Positions 12,801 to 23,707 of a stretch of 64,000 nucleotides of DNA are shown piece by piece (position 1 is the stretch's first letter; the number at the start of each line of letters is the position of its first letter). The notes under the pieces are model-generated. The model made no database searches, had not been told where the DNA came from, and saw only the letters and a list, made by a program, of their open reading frames with translations. The stretch lies in NCBI GenBank assembly GCA_030141605.1, contig JAQGDQ010000076.1:248001-312000 (forward strand), in the 5' to 3' direction. This DNA is from Tubiluchus corallicola (lineage: Eukaryota > Animalia > Priapulida). Made by a program: the position numbers and the translations under genes.

Positions 12801-14473
12801 CACACTCAAAAAGCAGAGTAGCAGACATGCATTAAAAGAAAAATATTTAGATGACTAAACCAAAATTTGGATAATCGAAAAGGCTTGGTCACTCTGCAAA
12901 TAATAGTATTAGCCTGCAAAGTAGACGTGGGGTTTCTCTTTAACGAAATTAATTCAGTGATTTCCCACCATGTACTTCACTATTCAGGTATGGCTGACTA
13001 GAAGACCATCAGGTATTTCACTATCCTGCCTTCCTTGACTGAGGAATTTATTATGTACTATAAATCCCGCAAAGAATATTGTGCATAAACCTATAATACA
13101 CCCATGAAACTAATGAGGAATATCAAGGCGCCTGAGAGAAAGGATGGATGAATAGAGTGTAAAAAGATTGTGGATGAACAGGACCAACCTAGGCTAATTA
13201 AAGTTTGGTGCACTTAAACTCAATACCGAGGCTTTATTGGATGCCCCACAGGATCAAGCACTGGCCACAAAAAACATGCAGAATAGAATATGTCGCACTA
13301 TTAATGATCCATTATGTAGATTGTGCTGCCAGAAACGGGAAATAGTGGCACACCTTTTGAGTAACGGTGAAAATTTAGCAAATGCACAATATAAAAAATG
13401 TCACGACAGAGTAGCTCATTCACTGGGCTTCATGTGGTGAATATATGAACTACCTAGAAGCTCATCTTGGTGCAGAAAATTAAAAAGTACTAATTCTCTG
13501 GGATTATAACATTTTTCACAGATAAAGTAATACACCACAGATGCACTGATATGACTGTAATTGAGAAACAAGACAAGAAAAGGTACAGTATTGCCAATTG
13601 ATATAGCAGTACCATGGGATCCAATCGGCGCTATTACACTTACACGCCTCCTACTTTTTTCTAAGTTATTATTCGTTCTCGGCACACGAGTCATTATTCT
13701 ATTATTCTTGCAGCATCAGTGAATGTTTCTGATAATCCAGTGACAATTTAGTCCTACATTTATATTTGTGCACAGTATTCACTTAGTATTCACAGTCGTA
13801 CATTTCTTGCTTCTTGCATGTTTGCGGTAAGTAATGAATAACTTTAATCTGGAATTATAGTGCACAAAAATTTATAATATTATCGAAACAAAGTCATACC
13901 GTGTATTACGCCTAATACTACTAGTGCCTACTATTACTTACTAGTATTAGTCTGCAATAGGGCCTACACGCGTATACACAAATTATAGGCCAGAAAAACT
14001 AGGAAATGTGAAAATATAATAGCGCCAATGCAAGCAGTAGCACTAAATATGTAGAGAAGATTGAAAAATTTACTGATCTAGCAGTCGAATTAGGAATAAT
14101 ATGGGAAAAGCCAATAATTATTAGCGTTGTACCAGTAACAGCAGGGTGCTTAGTGTTGTACCAGTAACAGCAGGGTGCTTAGTGTTATACCAGTAATAGC
14201 AGGGTGCTTAGGATGTGCTGAGGGAACTCTAGAAAACGCACTTGGAAGATTAGCAATTACAGGCGAGTGAGATGGCACCAGGTGAAGCAAGCTATTTCGA
14301 GTTCAGCATATATTCTGAGACGATATTTGTACAGCTTAGAATCGTGCGTAGACTCCGTCTTGTAAGTGATGATAAACCACCTGAACTGATATTATGCAAT
14401 AATAATAACAATAATGGGATAATTTTATTAGATGAGTATTATTACCAAAATCGTTAGCAATGCAGGACTCCAT
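6829..14473 (-). CDS. RRP36: Ribosomal RNA processing protein 36 homolog (about 233 aa, 7 coding exons)
   Basis: Minus-strand exons 14473-14446 (MESCIANDF, least certain), 12735-12675 (DLSTMSFEELQKLRDRVGIKV), 11471-11300 (..KRANKNRPSEISAKKPVSRFREV..), 9309-9205 (VYRDPRFDDLSGEFSEDIFNKSYSFL..), 8753-8679, 8242-8125 (..QGKKPFFLKR) and 6971-6829 (SEKKKLLLAERYKQLRASGKLEKYLQKKNKRNASKD..*). All introns are GT-AG with consistent phases, and the total is 702 nt. RDPRFDDLSG, MSFEEL and KPFFLK are RRP36 hallmarks. Confidence 0.92.
12226..12302. repeat. Short tandem repeat, about 28 bp x3 (TACTTTAGGCTTAACTTAAATGATA..)
   Basis: Three near-identical consecutive units in an RRP36 intron. Confidence 0.75.
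13627..14026. mobile_element. 400-bp MITE nested inside the retrotransposon endonuclease domain
   Basis: Terminal inverted repeats GGCGCTATTA...TAATAGCGCC with AAT-like flanks. The insertion splits the ..IAVPWD / ..EKIEKF motif block. Confidence 0.65.
14122..14211 (+). repeat. 29-bp tandem triplication within the retrotransposon relic
   Basis: TAG(C/T)GTT(G/A)TACCAGTAA(C/T)AGCAGGGTGCT starts at 14122, 14151 and 14180. Confidence 0.9.
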
Positions 14474-16170
14474 TTTTCTTGATGACGTAATGGACGTGGG
14501 TAGCAACAAAATTGCATCCACAATTAACAAATCTCGTGTCTTAATTCAGGTTGATTTATTTAGGGACATCTATTCTAAAGGAAAGGATCAAGTCTCAAGG
14601 ATCAAGGATCAATTACAGTTATCATTAAATTTAAGAAACTGTAACGAAGAAATTTGCAAAAAACTCTATAAAAATTGGAAAATTTGAAGCTTAATCTTTT
14701 CCACTAGTGTGGGTGGCAGTAGTGGCTGCCATTCACTAGAAAACTATGATGTATGTAACTGGTGAACTTCGTGACTTTTTGTAAGTGCATCGCAGCTTAC
14801 TTTAAGTGTGCTGTTTAAACTAACTCAAACTTCTGCAGTTTATCTAATGTTCATGCAAAAATATCACAAAATTAGCTATAGTCATAGTCATAGTCATTTA
14901 TTTTATGCATTTTATTTTATTTTATTCTATCTCATTTTATGCAAAACTTTTGATGAAATGCAATGTTTTTGACGAAAATTGACACTGCACTGCTTTTCTT
15001 CAGTCGATAAATGACGTCATCGGTGGAAAAATGGGAGCGCCCAAGTGTGAAATGATCGCTACTTTAAAGTAATCTTACTACTGACACGAGGCAGTTATCA
15101 CACTTTTAATGCTAATTCCTTCTAATATTTTTCACGAACATTAAAATAAGCTTAATTCCCTTAGAAGGCTTTACCTTTCTTCTAAGATAATTTTTGTCCT
15201 CAGAAGTAGCATTAATTTTAGTAGACGTCTTTACACAATTCAGATTTTATGCCTACTATACAAGACTATTCTTCAGCATCAGAAATCTTCCATTGAAAAC
15301 ATTTTTGCTAGAATTCAACTGAAATTAATGAATTACGATTACCTAACATTGGTTTTCTTAGTGGCTAAATGAATTTATAAAGTAATTAACTAAATTTTTT
15401 ATACACTCTCACCAATGGTCATACTGTAAGCTTTAATAAGAGGTTGGCTTAATGTTTATAGCAAAAGGGAAAGCTAGTTTATTACCATGCAAGGATGGTA
15501 ATAAACTACTGTCAAAGATTGACCGCTGTACCAGTAAAAGCGTCATTTTCGAAGATTATATCTTCCCTCTGTGAGGCAAACACCGTGTGTAGTACAGTTG
15601 CGTAGATTCTACATAGCATTTTTGGTAGCGATGGTGGCAGACGAAATTACAACGTACGTAGAATCTATGTAGAATAAATGAAGCAATATTCATAGCAGAA
15701 AGTGATTGCGTTATAGTCCACACTGATGCAGAAACTTCCTGCCATAGAGAAATGATAGCAACAATCTGCATAGAACCAATTTCCTCTGTAGAAGGTGGTC
15801 AAATGATAGGAATAATCTGCGTAGAGTGTAGGTATATTGTGTTACGTGGGCAGCTGACATCGGTACGCCAATGAAAAATCGAAAACGAGAGTATAATTCA
15901 ACCTTTGCCGAAAATACGTGAAATTTTCTTCCAATAGCTTCAAAACCCGATCTACCTAATTATAATATAATTATGTTATATTATAGACTAAAATGTCTTT
16001 TGCACTAAATTTTAATCATCTTGGTGTCTTTTCTTTTGATGGGGTTATAAATTTCTAATTAGTGTTCCTGGTAATAAATAAATGTCTTTAAAAACATAAA
16101 TCTCTGTTCTCTCATTGATTGCTCAAGATCCACACAATTCGGATTATTGATTGCAGAATTTCAAATTTTC

Positions 16171-16830
16171 AATGTAGAGGGCTGAGCTAAATAAAGTATT
16201 TTGTTGCTTTTATTAATTGGTTATATTAAGGTCAATAGTTTAGAGCTGAACTGATGCGAATTTAAACGTCAGCAGCAATTATAGCAAATTGCACGTTCTG
16301 TGCAAGAAGTTGTTACAAATAACATTGTACAAATGAGCAATGCAAAAGAAGTTAAAATTAGCTAAGTTTTGTGAAAGTTTCACAAGTTTTCCTAACTTTC
16401 ACAGAAGAAAGCATGACCGAAATGAAAAAAATGAATAAAAAGACGCCAGACCAAAAATATCTACCTTGCGTATTATGCTTGTGGATATGGCATGGAAAAA
16501 TTAAATGACAGATGGTTTCAAACCAATTTTAAATGCATAATGGACATTATTTACAATTAAGCGCTGATTTTCAGGGTTCATCCACGCTGTGTACGTAATT
16601 ATGTGTATTACAACCATGTCATATTAGTCATGATTTCGTGGCATATACTTGCGTGTGCTCATTTGCAGCATCATGCTATCGCTTACCTTTGTGACAGATG
16701 CAAATTGAGTGCCAAAATTAATATCAATATTGAATCAATGGCAGCTCAGCTATTGACCTAAAATATAGCTCTTAAAAATGCGAACAACATACTCTATCTA
16801 CAGTCTACCTCTGCATCTTTTCACCTTGAA
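16171..16830. mobile_element. Old degenerate inverted-repeat element (MITE-like)
   Basis: ATGTAGAGG..AGTATTTTGTTG..TATATTAAGGTCAATAG is mirrored by CTATTGACCTAAAATATA..CAACATACT..CCTCTGCAT. Confidence 0.4.
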
Positions 16831-16989
16831 CTTTGCTCTAGAGCTGTATAAAATAAGTGATTATAGTAAATAACTATTCTTATTCATTATTCTTCTGACA
16901 ATAACAATCTAGTGCAGACAATTTTTTGAGTTTGTCACTCTACTCCCTCTTGTTCTTAAATTTTCCAAAATGGCGACTTTTATTAATTG

Positions 16990-17700
16990 TTATTTATTTA
17001 TTTATTTATTTATTACTTGGAAATATAATTGTCACATTGCAGCTCATTCCCCAAAACAATAGCAAAACATTTTGAAATACTTTTGAGACCGTACAATAAA
17101 GTAATTTTGAAAATATTGTGTGTTTGCTAGGGAACAACACAGATTGATTGATTGACATGAAACAAGTAGGCATGCGAGCCTGTAGCAAATAAAAAGCATT
17201 ATATGACAAGCAAGTTTTAATTGCAGCAGAAAGATTTTGAGTCTAATACTGACTGATTCACAACTTTTAATATTTCTTTTCTTTGGCAAAACAGACAGTA
17301 TTATTCTTTAGGCACTACAGTAATTGTGTGGTAGCCTGCGAGTGTAAATAATGATTAGACTAATTTGTACTGTCTTGTTCCAATTAAAATTGTAACCTGA
17401 CGGCAAAATTTAATAATTTTGCAAGGATTGCACAACTATAAGGATGTCATCGATACTCAGTCCTTGGTGTGTGCTTTCGTAATTGCAAAGGAAAATATCT
17501 CAAATCTCAATCATAACTATTTTTGATACATAATTATAAGCATCTGCAGAGCTTATTATAATGTTAATCATTAAGAACTAGCAACATCTTTGCAAAGTCA
17601 CGTATTATGCTTGGGGATATAAGTTTTGCGTAACGCATTTTCTGGAGCAAGACTAAAACAACTGCTTATTATGGCTAGCTAAGTGCATAATTATGAGCTT
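16990..17700 (-). mobile_element. Possible 3' end of an L2/CR1-type LINE with a (TAAA)n tail
   Basis: A (TATT)n tract at about 16991-17014 on the + strand, followed by decayed sequence. The protein-level resemblance is weak. Confidence 0.3.
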
Positions 17701-17899
17701 AACTAAAATTTCATAACTTTTATACGTAGCTATTAATTTAGTTTATGTACGTAGTAATTATTTTACGAATATAAGTATAGTCCTTAGCAATGAGTTAATT
17801 ATAGCATAGTTTGTTAGTTCAGTGGCCATTATACTGGCTAGTAGTCATGATCAATTAACCAATAAAATGTTTTGTTGATGTTTACGGCGTAGCTAGTGG

Positions 17900-18063
17900 C
17901 CGTAATAAGTTTAAAAGGCACAGAGGATGCAACAGAAGATTTCCTTAATTGCCGTTCCTCAACTTCTCGAAACGAAAGTTCTACTGAAATTGATGCCTCA
18001 TTATTGGTCGTCATGGGCTAAACTTTTTGATCAAAGATAAGTTTTCTGTATTTTACTAAGCAG
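17900..18063 (+). other. MRPL16: Candidate non-coding first exon of MRPL16 (start approximate)
   Basis: Consensus donor CAG|GTAAGT after 18063 in a CpG-richer patch. It pairs with the acceptor at 19786, 17 nt upstream of the ATG. Confidence 0.45.
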
Positions 18064-19803
18064 GTAAGTAAATTTAGTACACTGTTCACGATATTTTTGC
18101 TAACCGTTCTCCACTTGTATGGGGAAGCAGATGATCATGACGATTTCCACTGTCCATGTATTTTTAGCATTACCAGAGCAATTCTTTTTAATGCAAATAA
18201 TTATCATCTTTGAAAGATGAATACAATGGTATAATTTTTTTAAACGAGATGGCATCCAACTCGAGGTGCTTCAATTTTGGGTTTCTTCACTATAATTTTG
18301 ATAATATAAAAATAACGGCTTTTAATAGTTGATAGTAGCATACTCGCTTCCACCCAGGTTGCGAGTTCAATTCTGGATCGAATTAGCTTAAATTTAAAGA
18401 ATGGCGTTGCTTGTTCTTCAAATTCAACCAAATACGCAGATATATCAAAGTAGTATGTGGTCCTTGGATAATATGAAAAAGAGGACTATTTTGAAAGTAA
18501 ACATTTACAGTTGCTTAGGCAACAGTCTTGGTGCTGTTAATAATTAATAATATTGCTCAGTGTTGACCATCATCAGTTGGTTTTTCAACTGCCTTACTGT
18601 GCTACATTTTATTGTACATGTATAGTCTAGATGTATCACATAACAAAGCATGTTATCAAGCGTAATTTCAAGTACCATATTTTTCATAAAAAAATCATTA
18701 TGAAGTAACAAAACTTGCTGCATAAAAGAATTGAACTGCATATTTTGTTTTTATAATATTTTATCTTACATATATGACAAGGTTTTGGCACAATTTTAAA
18801 GGAAAAATGTGCCCCCAACGACATTCATTGCATTTTAGTATACACTTAAAAATATGGAAATGACCACACAATATGCATGCATATGCACACCTTGCTTAGA
18901 AATGCAAAACAAATTTAAATCATTGTCAAACGAACGTCACTGCGGGCACTGGGCATATTTGAAAAAAATGATTTAAGCTGGTGGGCAGCATGAAGAGATG
19001 CACATAACGAAACTTCTGCAGTTCACTCCACTATTCTAGCTATATTGAATCTTTGTGTTTATGTAAAAATTAATCGTCAGGACGATTTGCAGTAATTTTA
19101 AAGTGTTTACGTAAGGATTATAAATACCTCAAACTCAAGTCCTTGGCTGGATAAGCGTTTATAGCGCATGGTAAATGAATGACACTATTTTTCATCCAAA
19201 ATTAGCATGCCCAGCTTGAAGTGATTGCGACATTAAAGTGATTTTACTAATTACTTGAGGCTCTTGTCACAATTTACTGCTGAAACTTTCCAACATTTCT
19301 CTCAAATATTAAAATGAGCTCACCTTCTCAAGAAACTTGGCTTTTGCTTTAAATGCGTACACGAAATGTATTTTATTAAGCATAAAGCTTCTTAGTTGGG
19401 TTAAAAAATGGTGTTCAATGCTTTCATTTTAACATGCATGTGTGCAGTTTGTTGCCTGACATGGTTTCATTGGCTTGTAATCAGTAATAGGTCGTCTATG
19501 GACCAAACATGGCTTATAATTAGCTCAAGGGGCCAACTGTAAGCAACAGGTCTTACAATGTACAATCAGCAGTCAGAGTCAGCTGCTAGCCACGGATGTG
19601 GGTATTTTCCTTATCTATTGCTGTGTGATTTAATGATTTAAGTGACAAAATTAAGCATGGTAAAGTTAATTATGTATAAACCTAGATGCAAATATTTAGC
19701 AGATATCATATCTCTGTTTAGCATTTAGGTAAATAGATGCTTTTTATTAATCAATGTCTAATAATTTTAAAAATATTTACTCGTAGGTAAGAAAGGCGGC
19801 CTC

Positions 19804-20517
19804 ATGTTTCTCAGACTGATTAGACTGAAACCGCATATCTTCTACCAAGTAGTTCCAGCAGCTGGTCTGAAGGACTACAAGATACCACAAAAGTATGATC
19901 ATGTCGAGTTTCCAGAAAGACGGAAGCTTCCCGTAATGCCTAAAGTGCCACTAATACAGTCACATGAGAAACCTATTAAGATGATGAAAAGACTCATTGA
20001 TCTACGTGGACCGGAACCTGTACATGACAAGCTAATACACAAGCAATATGGCCTTCAAGCCCTTACCCCAGGTAACCTAAAATATGGACATTTTGAAATG
20101 ATGCGCCTCACAATTAACCGAAACATTGACGAGAGAAAAATGTTTGCTGTTTGGCGGGTTGATCCTCCGTGGAAGCCCATCACCCGTAAAGGTCAAGGTC
20201 ATCGAATGGGAGGTGGAAAGGGAAGCATTGATCACTATGTTACCCCAGTGAAAGCAAATCGAATCATTGTTGAATTAGGTGGACATGTTGAATTTGAGAT
20301 AGTAAGACCTCTCTTGGAAGGTCTCACAAAAAAGCTTCCCTTCAAATCATGGGCATTTAATCAAGAAATGCTAGAGCAAAAACAAGCTCTCGAACTGGTC
20401 GACGACACATTTAACCAGAACCCGTTTGACTATGAATTTCTTATCAAAAATAATATTCAGAACTGTCACCGATGGATAGGCAAATTTGATAAGATGTGGT
20501 ATTTTCGATACAAGTGA
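19804..20517 (+). CDS. MRPL16: Mitochondrial large ribosomal subunit protein uL16m (237 aa, intronless CDS)
   Basis: Uninterrupted ORF with an Arg/Leu-rich presequence-like N-terminus and the L16 motifs LIDLRGPE, GHFEMMRLTINR and WRVDPPWKPITRKGQGHRMGGGKGSIDHYVTPVKANRIIVE. AATAAA lies at 20711. Confidence 0.97.
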   Translation: MFLRLIRLKPHIFYQVVPAAGLKDYKIPQKYDHVEFPERRKLPVMPKVPLIQSHEKPIKMMKRLIDLRGPEPVHDKLIHKQYGLQALTPGNLKYGHFEMMRLTINRNIDERKMFAVWRVDPPWKPITRKGQGHRMGGGKGSIDHYVTPVKANRIIVELGGHVEFEIVRPLLEGLTKKLPFKSWAFNQEMLEQKQALELVDDTFNQNPFDYEFLIKNNIQNCHRWIGKFDKMWYFRYK

Positions 20518-22351
20518 ATGGCTGATTCACATTTTGAAGTCATTTGCAAGTTGCACGTTCACACATTTGTTATAAGACCTCTTAATACAGCTAAGCTTAA
20601 AGCTGTGCAAGCAGATAAATGAATACTCTTCAGTTAAATTTTGAAATTCACATCATCTTTTTGGTGAGCTTAATACTGGCAATTTGTTAGCTGTTAATCA
20701 TGGTCTAATTAATAAATAATATAATTAGACTAAAATTGGTGACATATTTCAACCCACTGCTAACTGTGGGTGTAGTTAACAGGAAGATATCAGTGTGTCT
20801 GGTTTTAAACGTCTTTCGCCAAATTTCTCCCAGATGATAACATTGTGATGGGAGTTGCAGTTTGCAGATATCACTTGCTGGCTAGTTTGTGCAGAAGATA
20901 ACGAAGTGTTAAAACCTTAAAACCAAGTGAGGGAAACACACTTTTTTGTTATTAATGAAACGCGGAGTGAGACAAAGCTTATTCTAAACAAAAAAACTCA
21001 TAGTTTAAAGTAATTTTATTAGTTATGTTTTATCACATCTTTTTAGAAGTACTGTGTTAAGTACATACAAATTATGCTAGTTTTCCAAAAAGTACCACGG
21101 TCCTTTTGATATCTTGCATTTACAGGTAACTTGTAATCACTTAAATAGTGGCTTTAAAAATGTTTAACAGGTGCGTTATTAACAGCTCGTGATAATGGCG
21201 TAACAGTTTTTGGCCGAAGTTTATTTGGCACAACTGGATACTTACCCACAAATTATAATGTTTCTGAAAATGCTGAACTTATTGTACACAATAATTCAAT
21301 CATAATGCATTTATCATATAGTTTTAGGAATAACAGACAATTCTACGGCCACTGACATAAAATAAATTTTACATTTAAAGAGCAAATAAAAACAATTCGC
21401 ACTTTTAAAATTAATGATATAGTATTTATAAATTCCCAGTACTGAAGTCATGTACGCACGTTTAATCAGTTGTGATCAAATCAGACTTGCACGTACATGT
21501 GCGACTAGAATTCAGAAAGGAATAGTGTGTTATAATAAGTTATCACAAATTCAGTCTTCTTGCACATACACCGCTTTTAAAAATTCATCACAACCTGAAA
21601 TTATGAATGCAAAATTTACAAGAACTTTGCTTAAGAGGTAGTATCCACGTTTCATTGCTTACAAGAAATTACATTGTTGGAAGTAGCTGTTTGATGCTTC
21701 AAAAAACTATTCAAGTTGCAGCAATTGAAAAATTAATACATGACAAAGCGGAAACCGGGAGATTAGCAAGCAACTTAAAATTGGGATTAGTAGTTTCAAC
21801 AATTTTCTAAGGTCATTGAGGACCATTATAACTATCATATAGCTATAGTAAATTGATCTATAAAGGATTTCAATGCTAAATAATTTATCAAATTCATATT
21901 AATTTAGCTCTTCTAGTAAGTCCTAGTCATTACCAAAGTTCTAATCTAAAATAAGTTCACATTCAGTGTTTCAAAATCTATGCCATTTGTTTATTTTTAC
22001 ACGGCTCAGTTTAATAGGTTAGGGAAACATTTGACTACATTTGTATTTTTGTTCAATCACAACGTTCGACATAAGCAATTTCTAAATTATGCTAAAAATT
22101 GGAATTGAATGGAATAGTGCTCAGTTTTCATTGCAATTGAAAATAAAAGCACTAATAAAGCAGTTGACAACATGCAACCTGCATTAACTATTGAGTTTAT
22201 TCTTCCAAAATTAGTTGCAAATTTCAGTATTAAATTTGTTAAAAAAATCTGCATGCAAGAAAATTAACAATACAGTAACTTTAGAAATATTTGCTTTCTA
22301 ATAATACTTATGCAGCAGTCAGCACGTTTTGTAGGGCATTCAATTTTTTCC

Positions 22352-22480
22352 CTGTTGCGAGTCTAATGCAGGTACACGAAGTACGAAAACTAACGAACAT
22401 TTTCTGAAAGAATTCACTGTTGTGAGTCTAATGCAGGTACATGAAGCATGAAAATAAACAAACGTTTTGTGAAAGAATGA
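22352..22480. repeat. About 65-bp imperfect tandem duplication
   Basis: CTGTTG(C/T)GAGTCTAATGCAGGTACA..GAAAGAAT occurs twice consecutively. Confidence 0.8.
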
Positions 22481-22852
22481 ACTCGGATGGCAGTAAATAA
22501 TAACTGCCTCACGTATCATATGAAAAACTATTAGTAGTTATTTTAAAACTGCTTTTTCATTTATGCCTGTCAATTCAGTGTCTCTCCTTAAAGGATTACG
22601 TTTGATAATTAGGTATGTTCCAGAACTGCCACAACCATGAACACAATAAGTAGATCTTGTTGTTGTCTTGCCCTTGGTCATTATGCTAGCCATTATACAG
22701 TGAGGATAAGGCAGTAACTTGCCTAGCAACTAAAAGCTTAAGTATAAGTATAAGATAAGCAAATTAATAATAAACAAATTAAGTATTGTGGGTATAATTT
22801 AAAAACATGACCTCCTATGGACATGTTTACTGTTTTGGGACTACAAAAACAA

Positions 22853-23469
22853 AATGTGCGCTTGTATAGCAAAATCATCCATAAGTGGGCAAATAAGCTT
22901 TTCTAGCTATTCACATATCCTGAATCTCCATTTCGTGAGCATCATTTTGATACCAAGCTCATCATTCTACGTTATTTCTAAGCTGAGATATTCCACATTG
23001 AAGTTGAGGTGCACGCTACGCACTGAAAAGCGTAATCTAGAGAAACGTTAAAGTCAGCCATTGTTTTTTGTCGCGTTTTTACAAAACACTTAGAAGTTAC
23101 GTTTAAATCTAGTACGTGACTCTTCCTGACAAAGATTTGGTCTTGTCAAAAGAAAAAACCCGAAGCAAAATGGCTGCTTCCACGAGCTACAATCGGAGTG
23201 AGAAAATGCAAGTTTTTTTACAATTGCAGAACTAATTTCAAGATGGAAAAGTGGGTAAGGACTAATAAAATTAGATTTTTAGTATTTTTTAAACATTTTC
23301 CTGATAATTTGATGCTAGAATATAAAAGTTCAATATATTTAGCATTTGTTTTCATAAAAAATAAAAAATCGACATTTGACCAAATTTTTGGTGCTTTCTA
23401 CTTTTTAGCATCATAACGTAGTTTTAACTATGCCGACTTCTGGACGGTTTTGGTTTGCAAGCACACAAA
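22853..23469 (+). mobile_element. Non-autonomous DNA transposon (MITE family A, copy 1)
   Basis: About 40-bp imperfect TIRs (AATGTGCGCTTGTATAGCAAAATCATCCATAAGTGGGCA / TGCCGACTTCTGGACGGTTTTGGTTTGCAAGCACACAAAT). It is similar along its length to the reverse complement of 56651-57310. Confidence 0.85.
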
Positions 23470-23707
23470 TGTTCTAGATTGCGTAAAATCAAAAGCATGT
23501 ATCTAAGGCACAAGTTATGTTTGCTGAAATGTTCATATGCAGCTAGTCTTCCTTGAGCAGTTGTGATAGCGGTCAGGCAGAAAATGGGCCGAATATCTGC
23601 AACAAAATGCATAAACTATGAAGCCAGATAAGTTCTTACATTAAAGCGATGGTTTGGTAGTCATGCAGATTGCAGTGCCAGCCATGCAGAAAAACCGTCC
23701 ATAGATA

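Larger units (their letters stand above)
13100..14415 (+). mobile_element. Decayed 3' fragment of an RLE-type non-LTR retrotransposon (R4/Dong-like), antisense in RRP36 intron 1
   Basis: Frameshifted translation: LKLNTEALLDAPQDQALATK..DPLCRLCCQKREIVAHLL..YKKCHDRVA (CCHC knuckle), then ILWDYNI/FTDKVIHHRCTD../LPIDIAVPWD and EKIEKFTDLAVELGIIW..VVPVTAGCLG (restriction-like endonuclease motifs). It ends in an (AAT)n-like tract at 14398-14415. Confidence 0.8.

Noticed and set aside
13416-13694. Minus-strand ORF MTRVPRTNNNLEKSRRR with a GTAAGT donor as an RRP36 exon
   Set aside because: The donor is phase 0, which is incompatible, and it lies within the nested MITE.
14122-14211. 29-bp repeats considered as a CRISPR array
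   Set aside because: The units are directly adjacent with no spacers, the context is eukaryotic, and they sit inside a retrotransposon relic.
17885-18014. Minus-strand ATG stretch MTTNNEASISVELSFREVEERQLRK as RRP36 exon 1
   Set aside because: It has no phase-1 donor matching the exon at 12735. The 14473-14446 exon has the right phase and a better start context.
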